Below are positions 10,011-17,576 of a stretch of 24,331 bases of DNA, one piece after another. The stretch lies in assembly GCA_965369865.1 (NCBI GenBank), contig CBDURU010000047.1:1-24331 (forward strand), read 5' to 3'. The notes below the pieces were generated by a model. That model saw only the letters and a program-made list of their open reading frames with translations. It had not been told where the DNA came from and made no database searches. The stretch comes from an uncultured bacterium (GTDB taxonomy: Bacteria > JAJVIF01 > JAPKYR01). Position 1 is the stretch's first letter, and every line of letters starts with the position of its first letter. The translations under genes and the position numbers were made by a program.

Positions 10011-10083
10011 TGGTCGGGGACGGGAGATTCGGATTCTCGGAATCATGCTCCCAAAGCAGGCGCGCTAACCGGGCTGCGCCACT
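10011..10083 (-). pseudogene. Degenerate copy of tRNA-Pro(UGG), att-like direct repeat
   Basis: 66/73 identical to 12825-12897, including a 38-nt perfect run. The first 5 tRNA nt are not conserved, and the acceptor, T arm and one anticodon-stem pair are disrupted. Confidence 0.85.
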
Positions 10084-10092
10084 ACTACCATT

Positions 10093-12615
10093 TTACAGCG
10101 GACCATGCCGTACCACGAAAAAGTCGTAGCCGGAACCAGAATTCAGAGTGGTTTCATTTAAACCGCATTCGCCAAATGTTAGTTTTCCCCTGAAAGTCCC
10201 AGTAATTACATATGAGTCGTCAGATAAAATAGCGATATCGTACGCTGTTTCACTGTGGTCGCCAGCGTAGCGGACTGCAGCAGTAAGTAATCCATTGGTG
10301 TCATAAGCTGCTACAAATATGTCACTGTATTCCAACGCAATCAAGGTAGTCTCGTTCGACTCCCCTACGCCAAAAACAATGTAATCATAAAAATCACCGG
10401 TAATAATTATTGAATCATTAGACAGGGTCGAGATTCCACGGCATTGATCATCCTCATCCCCTCCTGCACGCTTTGCCCATGTGAGTGAGCTATCCTGGTT
10501 AAACCGTGCAAGGAATATATCAGAGTTTTGATAACCACCGAAATTATCCAATATAGTCTCGTTAGGTTCACCAGCCCCGAAAATAGTCGAATAATAATAT
10601 CTTCCCGATACAACAAAAGAATCATCGGATAGCCCCGTAATTTCCTCTGCCACTTCAACGTTAGCGCCACCTGTACGTTGCGCCCACACAAGCTGACTGT
10701 TTGGGTTGTATCGTGCTAAAAAGATATCAGTCGATCCATCAATTGCCGACAGTGTAGTTTCATTGGATTCGCCTTCTCCGAAGGTGGTAGATCCTTCAAA
10801 ATTCCCGGCAACAACAAATGAGTCATCTGAAAGTTCTGAGATACAATAACCAGCCCCATATGAACCTCCAATAGCCTGTATTGCCCAGATAAGTTCTGCA
10901 TTAGATGTATATCGTGCAATGAACATCTGGGTATGATCTGAGGTTAGCGTGGTTTCATTCTGGTCACCTTCACCGAATGTAGCTGTTATGCGGAATCTCC
11001 CGGATATAATAATTGAATCATCCTGAAGCACAGTAATACTGTAGCACTCATCAGTGCTCGTGCCACCAGCTCTTTCAGCCCATGCAAGAGATCCATCGGA
11101 GTTGTACCGTGCCAGAAACATATCTTTAGATCCTACTGAAGTCAGGATAGTTTCATTGGGCTCCCCGTTTCCCATTGTTATTGAGGAGCGGAAAAACCCG
11201 CATACGACAACCGAACCGTCAGAAAGTGAGGAAACTCCGGTTATATCGTGACTCTTTTTTGAAAGTGTACCTGTTGCCCAGGCAAGTGATCCATCCGGGA
11301 AGTACTGTGCGATGAACTGATCAGCCCAATAATCCGAGATTACTGTAGTCTCATTTGCTTCGCCTGCGCCAAATGTAACTGTATCAGACAATTTGCCGGT
11401 TATGACTATGGAATCATCCTGTAACGATGTAATACGATGTCCCCCATCATAAGCGTAACCACCCACATGTTTTGCCCACATGAGATTGTCATATTCCGGT
11501 GGGGAGCATTCAACATTTACTGCTTCTAACCAATATGCGCTTAATGCACCAAAGTTTTGATCTTCCTCATTAGACTTCGCGGTCACAAGCATTGGGTATA
11601 TGCCGGGTGATTCACCAAACACGTTAACGATAGAACCTGTAAATTCCCATGTTTCAGTTCCTGTTTGTGTGGAGTAATCCAGATTAATCTTCCCTGAGAA
11701 TAACTCAGGGCACTCAATTGTCACAGCGCCGACAGTCTCGATTCCCTGGTGGTCGCTTACTTCAACGGTTACGTTTGCACTACTGCCAGGTTGATTGGCG
11801 AGTACTTCATTCATTTGGAACTTCAGCTCGTATGGTTCAAGGCAGTTTGCTTCAGGTGGGAAATCATTGAGGGGATCCACGACTTCATCAATTGGGATCC
11901 AGGAGATATCTATTGCATATCCAAATTCCATGGGTAACGATTGATACTGGATTTTAATGGTCCTGGAATCCGTAGAACCAGCCTCGAACATACGCCTGGG
12001 ATTATCCACCCCATATGCGACGAATGGATTTAAAGTCCCATCCAGATCATCATCACCCAGGGCAAATTTCCCGCTTTGATATGTAAACAGTACCCCCTCA
12101 GGTCCCCACGGCCATCCATAGAACTTCTCCGGACTGAAAAGTGAAGTGTAACCATCAGGGGAAATTAAGACAGGATTAGTACCATCAAATGAAACATCCA
12201 GGTTGGGCTGCGAGAAATCCGTGTCTCCTTCGGTGATAAAAATTCCACGTAGATCGAATCCTGTCGTCTCCAGCACGTCTGGATAAGGATGTATTACCCC
12301 AAGATCGCACTGGAATATATTGTCGGGCAGGAAGGCCGGATTGGTAACCGTCAGGCAATCGCTGCAAGGTGTTGTTTCAAGGAGCATTACGATGTTGAGG
12401 TGCATCGAAATATCCCGGTTGGGAATTATCTCGACTCCTTGTTCCGGTGAAATTATCCTGACATCCCAGATTCCAAGGACCCCGCGATTTGAATTTGTTT
12501 TACCTTCAAACACATCCACAGGGCAGATATTAGGGGATATAGGCCTGTTGACTTCAGTACAACCTGCCAAACAGACTAAAATAATCGTGATAATGAAAAC
12601 TGGTGTTATTCGCAT
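10093..12615 (-). CDS. Lipoprotein with conserved N-terminal module and a 7-repeat (~62 aa, SBBP-like) beta-propeller
   Basis: Start moved to ATG 12615 (GGAGG upstream); MRITPVFIITIILVCLAGC lipobox; seven 'FGxGExNETxL...DIFLARYxxDGSLxWAxRAGG' repeats. Confidence 0.85.
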   Translation of the reverse strand: MRITPVFIITIILVCLAGCTEVNRPISPNICPVDVFEGKTNSNRGVLGIWDVRIISPEQGVEIIPNRDISMHLNIVMLLETTPCSDCLTVTNPAFLPDNIFQCDLGVIHPYPDVLETTGFDLRGIFITEGDTDFSQPNLDVSFDGTNPVLISPDGYTSLFSPEKFYGWPWGPEGVLFTYQSGKFALGDDDLDGTLNPFVAYGVDNPRRMFEAGSTDSRTIKIQYQSLPMEFGYAIDISWIPIDEVVDPLNDFPPEANCLEPYELKFQMNEVLANQPGSSANVTVEVSDHQGIETVGAVTIECPELFSGKINLDYSTQTGTETWEFTGSIVNVFGESPGIYPMLVTAKSNEEDQNFGALSAYWLEAVNVECSPPEYDNLMWAKHVGGYAYDGGHRITSLQDDSIVITGKLSDTVTFGAGEANETTVISDYWADQFIAQYFPDGSLAWATGTLSKKSHDITGVSSLSDGSVVVCGFFRSSITMGNGEPNETILTSVGSKDMFLARYNSDGSLAWAERAGGTSTDECYSITVLQDDSIIISGRFRITATFGEGDQNETTLTSDHTQMFIARYTSNAELIWAIQAIGGSYGAGYCISELSDDSFVVAGNFEGSTTFGEGESNETTLSAIDGSTDIFLARYNPNSQLVWAQRTGGANVEVAEEITGLSDDSFVVSGRYYYSTIFGAGEPNETILDNFGGYQNSDIFLARFNQDSSLTWAKRAGGDEDDQCRGISTLSNDSIIITGDFYDYIVFGVGESNETTLIALEYSDIFVAAYDTNGLLTAAVRYAGDHSETAYDIAILSDDSYVITGTFRGKLTFGECGLNETTLNSGSGYDFFVVRHGPL

Positions 12616-12824
12616 AGACACATCCTCCGGAAATCTTATGCACGCATGCTTGCTTTCCGGTCCTAGCACACGAACAATACTCACATTGTACCTTAGTATA
12701 CCACAGTTTGATTTATACAGGACTGTTTACGTTGTTGATCACAGCATGCACTTGTTGGTTATAGTATTTTGACAGGGAGAGTAAATTATAATCTGGCTAA
12801 CAATAATTAAATGGAAAGAAGTAC

Positions 12825-12902
12825 TGGTCGGGGAGGAGAGATTCGAACTCTCGGCCTCCTGCTCCCAAAGCAGGCGCGCTAACCGGGCTGCGCCACTCCC
12901 CG
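12825..12902 (-). tRNA. tRNA-Pro (anticodon UGG), CCA encoded
   Basis: Reverse complement is CGGGGAG TG GCGC AGCCCGGTTA GCGC G CCTGC TTTGGGA GCAGG AGGCC GAGAG TTCGAAT CTCTC CTCCCCG ACCA, a full cloverleaf. A -10 TATACT lies at 12912-12917. Confidence 0.97.
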
Positions 12903-12988
12903 ACACGCGAAAGTATACTCTACATACATTCTTTCAACAATACACCTGAAAAATTAAGTCCTTGTTAGAGCACGCGTCGCCCGCATAC

Positions 12989-12997
12989 TGTTATAAT
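12989..12997 (+). promoter_or_regulatory. Extended -10 promoter element of aroA
   Basis: TGTTATAAT ends 14 nt before ATG 13012; no Shine-Dalgarno in between. Confidence 0.55.
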
Positions 12998-13011
12998 ATC
13001 CTCTACACACT

Positions 13012-14334
13012 ATGTCAGATGCCATCCATATCAAACCTGCCGTACGGGTGCGGGGTCTTGCTGTGCTCCAGGGCGACAAATCCATCAGCCATCGAGCGCT
13101 GATTTTCGCCTCGCTTGCCGACGGGATATCGCGGATTGAAAACCTGGCAACCAGTGATGACGTAAACGCGACAATCCGTGTTTTGAGGACGCTGGGAATT
13201 GAAATAACACTCGCTCCCGATGGTGAAAACGCTTCGATCGAAGGACGCGGCGGGATATTCGATCAACCATCCATGCCTTTAGACTGTGGAAATTCGGCGA
13301 CAACAATGAGCCTGATGGCTGGAGTTCTTGCCTCACAGCCGTTTGAATCAATTCTTACCGGCGATGAATCGCTGTCTGCACGTCCGATGAATTACATCGC
13401 CGAACCGTTAAGGAAATTTGGCGCGGTAGTCGAGACATCCGAAAATGGCCGTCCGCCTTTGAAAATAACAGGCGGGAAACTTACGGGAGTTCTTTACAAA
13501 CCGAAAATTGCCTCCGCACAGATAAAATCGACCGTATTACTCGCAGGCCTGTTCGCCACCGGATCGACTATTTTTCACGAATCTCTTCAAACCCGGGATC
13601 ATACCGAGCGGCTTATCAGTCATCTCTGCGAGAAAGGCGTGATTGATATCGACCGAGTTGAAAAAACTATCACTGTCAGGAAAATGCAGTCGCCGATCGA
13701 ACCGTTCGATATTGTCATCCCGGGCGATCCATCATCGGCGGCCTACCCGATCGCCCTTGCCACGCTCCTTCCCGAAAGCTCATTGACGGTACCGTTCGTG
13801 GGATTAAATGCCGGGCGAATCGGCTTCTTCAGGCAGTTGCAGGCTATGGGCGCGCACCTCGTGATGTCCCGCGATCCCCACAGCGGGAAAGCGACCGGGG
13901 GAGAACCGGTTGGTGAGATTACAGTTCATTCGGCACGGCTTAAAAATGTACCGATCGACCCTGCGCGAATTCCGGCGATCATCGATGAAATCCCGTTACT
14001 CGCGGTTGTGTCCTGTCACTCGGACAGGAATTGGGAAATATCAGGCGCCGCGCGTCTGAGGGAAAAAGAAACCGATAGAATCAAAACCACTGTCCAGATG
14101 CTTGAATTCATGGGAGCGAAAGTTGAAGAAACGGAGGACGGCTTGAAAGGCGGGGGCGGGCAGAATTTCAAGGGTGGGGATATACCCTGTATTTTCGATC
14201 ACAGGATCGCGATGTCGGCGGCGATTGCGGGATGGTGCTCCGTATCCCCAACAGCAATCAACTGCCCGGAATGTATCCGGATCAGTTTCCCTAAATTTTT
14301 CGATTTAATGCAGAACCTGGTGGAATACCAGTAG
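13012..14334 (+). CDS. aroA: 3-phosphoshikimate 1-carboxyvinyltransferase (EPSP synthase), class II-like
   Basis: GDKSISHR, SAQIKS, RDHTE, PGDPSSA, IDEIP, LREKETDRI and DHRIAM motifs. Confidence 0.96.
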   Translation: MSDAIHIKPAVRVRGLAVLQGDKSISHRALIFASLADGISRIENLATSDDVNATIRVLRTLGIEITLAPDGENASIEGRGGIFDQPSMPLDCGNSATTMSLMAGVLASQPFESILTGDESLSARPMNYIAEPLRKFGAVVETSENGRPPLKITGGKLTGVLYKPKIASAQIKSTVLLAGLFATGSTIFHESLQTRDHTERLISHLCEKGVIDIDRVEKTITVRKMQSPIEPFDIVIPGDPSSAAYPIALATLLPESSLTVPFVGLNAGRIGFFRQLQAMGAHLVMSRDPHSGKATGGEPVGEITVHSARLKNVPIDPARIPAIIDEIPLLAVVSCHSDRNWEISGAARLREKETDRIKTTVQMLEFMGAKVEETEDGLKGGGGQNFKGGDIPCIFDHRIAMSAAIAGWCSVSPTAINCPECIRISFPKFFDLMQNLVEYQ

Positions 14335-14510
14335 AAAACCTGGCGCGTATCCCGGTTTTATACTGATCCTGGTTACAACAAGTGATTTGGTATAAAAACT
14401 CCCCACCATTCAGAGAATATCTCCATCGGGATCCTTGACAACCCTAAAAAAAAATGGTATGGGAATGTTAACTTTAGGAGCGTTATCATAAAGAGTAGGA
14501 GGATATAAGA

Positions 14511-14876
14511 GTGTGCAACAAACCTTCAAGTATTTTTATTAAGGTATTATTCGTATTGGCAATTGCCTTTCTTACGCTATTTCCAACTCAGGCGAAGGCG
14601 ACAGATTGCTGCGAGTATGCTGGGTATTGCGAGGTAATCACATTCAACGTGATCATTTGCAGCGGAGATGAGCCTCCATGCTTGGCATATTGTGTAAGCA
14701 AAGTTAGGACATATGCTTATGTCCGGAACGAGCCACCTTGCGATGACAATTGGATACTCTACCAGGAAGGCTGGAATAATTGCGTTGAAGCCGATCCCGA
14801 ATGCCCTTGCGACCCACGATGGCTTCCCCCTTCCTATTGGAGAATTGATATTTGGTGTCATCAGTATCCCTTTTAA
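14511..14876 (+). CDS. Small secreted cysteine-rich protein
   Basis: AGGAGG 8 nt before GTG; signal peptide ending in AKA; 11 Cys in the 91-aa mature part. Confidence 0.7.
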   Translation: MCNKPSSIFIKVLFVLAIAFLTLFPTQAKATDCCEYAGYCEVITFNVIICSGDEPPCLAYCVSKVRTYAYVRNEPPCDDNWILYQEGWNNCVEADPECPCDPRWLPPSYWRIDIWCHQYPF

Positions 14877-14928
14877 GTACGTAAGAGTAATAAAACAAAT
14901 GAACCTTCAAAAGGAGGCGCATGCAAAC

Positions 14929-15624
14929 ATGAGTCCTTATTTCAAATTAATACTAACCTCAGTAATGGTCCTGGGAATGTTTTTTCCACAGACAACCCAG
15001 GCGGACACTCCATCTGAATCCGTGTCTACCATGACCCGCATCAGTTACAACCTTCAGATGGTGACAGCGGGAATTGATTTTTTCTGTAAGGAGAACAGCA
15101 GGTTGCCAATGTCGGCTTCTGAACTTATGGATTCCGGGTTCATTCCGGCAGGTTTGGAAAATGCTGTGACTGGTCTACCAATAATGCTGGATGCGACGCC
15201 CGTTGAACCCGGGGGATTGACAGTAACATGCTTTGATAGCTCATCCATGATTGTTTCAATTGGACATCGGGACGGCAGTGTAAAAGATTTCGATATTGAC
15301 AGCTCCATATATTCATCGCTTGACTGGTTAGAAAAACCTGATCGGACAATGGTTCTTTACACGGAGTGGGCGGAGATCGCATTGCAGAAGTACCTCATGG
15401 AGTACGGCGAAGTTCCCTCAAGCGTCGACGATCTGATCGATGCGAGATACTGGCCATTCGAGGGTCAGTTGAACCCATTCACCGGGGACCCTTTGAATTT
15501 GTACGGGGATTCCGATGGCGATCTGTCCTGGGAATTCTATCCTGATTATGTCAGAGTGGGCGTGTATCTCAGCGGCAATATTGTAACAATGGCACAGGTT
15601 CCAATTGAGACGTTGTCACAGTGA
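14929..15624 (+). CDS. Secreted protein with two tandem GspG/pseudopilin-like globular repeats
   Basis: Signal peptide MSPYFKLILTSVMVLGMFFPQTTQA. Repeats: 'IDFFCKENSRLPMSASELMDSGFIP..NAVTGLP' and 'LQKYLMEYGEVPSSVDDLIDARYWP..NPFTGDP'. Start reassigned from 14713 to ATG 14929. Confidence 0.7.
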   Translation: MSPYFKLILTSVMVLGMFFPQTTQADTPSESVSTMTRISYNLQMVTAGIDFFCKENSRLPMSASELMDSGFIPAGLENAVTGLPIMLDATPVEPGGLTVTCFDSSSMIVSIGHRDGSVKDFDIDSSIYSSLDWLEKPDRTMVLYTEWAEIALQKYLMEYGEVPSSVDDLIDARYWPFEGQLNPFTGDPLNLYGDSDGDLSWEFYPDYVRVGVYLSGNIVTMAQVPIETLSQ

Positions 15625-15720
15625 CGATACTCTCTCATTAATTCATTCTTATTTAATAATTGAAACTTGGCTCTGTTTTGTAACATCGGAGCTTTTTTTA
15701 TGCGGATATGATGTAATATA

Positions 15721-16105
15721 CGTCGACAAGCACGTTCGACCCGGAGATTATCGAGGCGTGCGGGATGGAGATGTCTCACTTTGCTTGTCAACGGCACCCG
15801 AATTGTTGTTATTTGTGATTATCGTCGACAAGCACGTTCGACCCGGAGATTTTCGAGGTTTGCGGGATGGAGATGTCTCACTCAGCGTGTCGACGCCACG
15901 CGATTTTTGTTATTTGTGATTATCGTCGACAAGCACGTTCGACACGGAGATTTTTCGAGGCTTGCGGGATTTAGATGTCTCACTCAGCGTGTCGACGCCA
16001 CGCGGTTAGGACGCGGGGAAGTATCGGTCTCACTTTGCATGTCGACGCCACGTGGTTAGGGTTGTTATTTGTAATTTACGTCGACAAGTTAAATAAAAAT
16101 TGATT
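15721..16105. repeat. Tandem array of ~102-bp palindromic units (BIME/REP-like)
   Basis: CGTCGACAAGCACGTTCGAC starts at 15721, 15823 and 15924, with a partial copy at 16079. Each unit ends in an inverted GC(T/G)TGTC(G/A)ACG. Confidence 0.9.
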
Positions 16106-16124
16106 GGATATATTTGGAATTTAG

Positions 16125-16220
16125 GGGGACACCTGCTTTTCGACGAGCGAAAAGAGGTGTCCCCTTACACGTGTCCCCGATATTACACCGATGGAGGCGG
16201 GCGAATAGAGGTGTCCCCTA
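16125..16220. repeat. GGGGACACC/GGTGTCCCC hairpin cluster
   Basis: GGGGACACCT (16125-16134) pairs with AGGTGTCCCC (16155-16164), with inner stem CTTTTCG/CGAAAAG. Extra right-arm copies lie at 16171-16178 and 16201-16220. Confidence 0.75.
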
Positions 16221-16322
16221 TGTATTGATTCACGTCGGTTTTTTTATTTTAATGTCTAAAACACGCCGTTGGGTTATAATACGTGTCCCTCTGTCAGCTT
16301 ACAGAGGGACAGGACAAGCAAA

Positions 16323-17375
16323 ATGGAAATTCCCGAAATAATCGATCTGATGAGCGATACGGTCACAAGGCCCACTCCCGAGATGCGGGAGGCGATGGCG
16401 ACATGCGAGGTCGGGGATGATGTTTTTAACAGCGATCCGACAGTAAATGAACTTCAAAATCTGACTGCCGAGATGACAGGCGCCGAAGCCGCGTTGTGGT
16501 GCCCAACCGGGACGATGGCGAACCAGGTGGCGATTCTGACTCACACGCATCCCGGACAGGAAGTAATCTCATCCAGGTGGTCGCATATTGTCATGTACGA
16601 GCTTGGCGGGATCGCCTGGAACTCGCTATGCCAGCTTGCAACGGTCCCCGATGAAAACGGCTGGCCGGATCCGGACGATGTTAGGGAACATTTCAAGGAG
16701 GAAAGCGAGCACACGCCGGGTACCGGGCTACTATGCCTCGAAAATACTCATAACCGTCGGGGCGGCCGGATAATGCCCCTTGACATCCTGGCTGAAAATT
16801 CAAAACTGGCGCATGAGAAGAACATTCCTGTACATCTGGACGGGGCTCGAATCTGGAACGCTTCTATCGAGTCCGGGATTCCGGTGCCTGAATACTTCTC
16901 GAAGGTCGATTCGATGATGTTCTGCCTGTCGAAAGGCCTTGCGAGTCCCGCTGGAAGCATGCTGGTGGGTAAAAAGGATTTTATCGTAAGGGCCAGGCGC
17001 AATCGTAAACATTTCGGCGGAGGAATGAGACAGGTTGGCGTCCTGGCATCGTGCGGGATAATCAGCCTTACACATATGATCGACAGGCTGGCCGATGACC
17101 ATCGCGCCGCAAAGAAATTATCGGAAGCGGTTCTTGACTCCGGTTCGCTGGATATCGATCTCGATACCGTGGAAACCAACATCGCAATTTTTACACTTCC
17201 CGAGAATTGCTCCGGGAACGCGACTGATTTCGCTGAAGCTGCCGGGGACGCGGGACTTCTGGTGACATACATGGGCGACCGGCTGGTGCGGATGGTAACG
17301 CATTGCGATTTCGATCCATCATGGATTCCAGCCGTAGTTGAGAGAACCAGGGTAGCGGTTGAGGTAATTTCGTAG
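16323..17375 (+). CDS. ltaE: Low-specificity L-threonine aldolase (PLP-dependent)
   Basis: DLxSDTVT, VGDDV, GTMAN, LENTHN, HLDGARIWN, CLSKGL (PLP lysine) and GGGMRQ. Start at ATG 16323; TATAAT at 16275-16280. Confidence 0.93.
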   Translation: MEIPEIIDLMSDTVTRPTPEMREAMATCEVGDDVFNSDPTVNELQNLTAEMTGAEAALWCPTGTMANQVAILTHTHPGQEVISSRWSHIVMYELGGIAWNSLCQLATVPDENGWPDPDDVREHFKEESEHTPGTGLLCLENTHNRRGGRIMPLDILAENSKLAHEKNIPVHLDGARIWNASIESGIPVPEYFSKVDSMMFCLSKGLASPAGSMLVGKKDFIVRARRNRKHFGGGMRQVGVLASCGIISLTHMIDRLADDHRAAKKLSEAVLDSGSLDIDLDTVETNIAIFTLPENCSGNATDFAEAAGDAGLLVTYMGDRLVRMVTHCDFDPSWIPAVVERTRVAVEVIS

Positions 17376-17576
17376 TATCCCGGCGTGAAAAGCGGACATT
17401 TGTTTGTTTTAGCCGGCGCTTATGACTTAAAATCACCATAATTACTTTACGTAAAGAGTTGAAGAGGGTAATATTCCATTTCATGATAGTCCGATTGCAG
17501 GGGTACTTTCGACGGTGATACCTGGGCCGGAGACAGGCAAACATTACTATTGAATCAGCTATAGTAAAGTTACTTA

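Noticed and set aside
10011..10088. Second functional tRNA-Pro
   Set aside because: The 5' acceptor strand is lost, and the T stem/loop and one anticodon-stem pair are broken.
14713..14928. N-terminal extension of the 303-aa ORF
   Set aside because: It overlaps the Cys-rich gene in another frame; the signal peptide and SD point to ATG 14929.
15721..16105. CRISPR array
   Set aside because: The segments between repeats are themselves near-identical rather than unique spacers, the unit is ~102 bp, and no cas genes are in the window.
15546..16341. ORFs 15546-15797, 15605-15919, 15781-16059 and 16114-16341
   Set aside because: They are translations of the DNA repeat array and hairpins, with no start signals or protein motifs.
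16344..16367. LtaE DLMSDTVT instead of the usual DLRSDTVT as a sign of new function
   Set aside because: It is a single substitution with all PLP-binding motifs intact, which is insufficient to claim altered activity.
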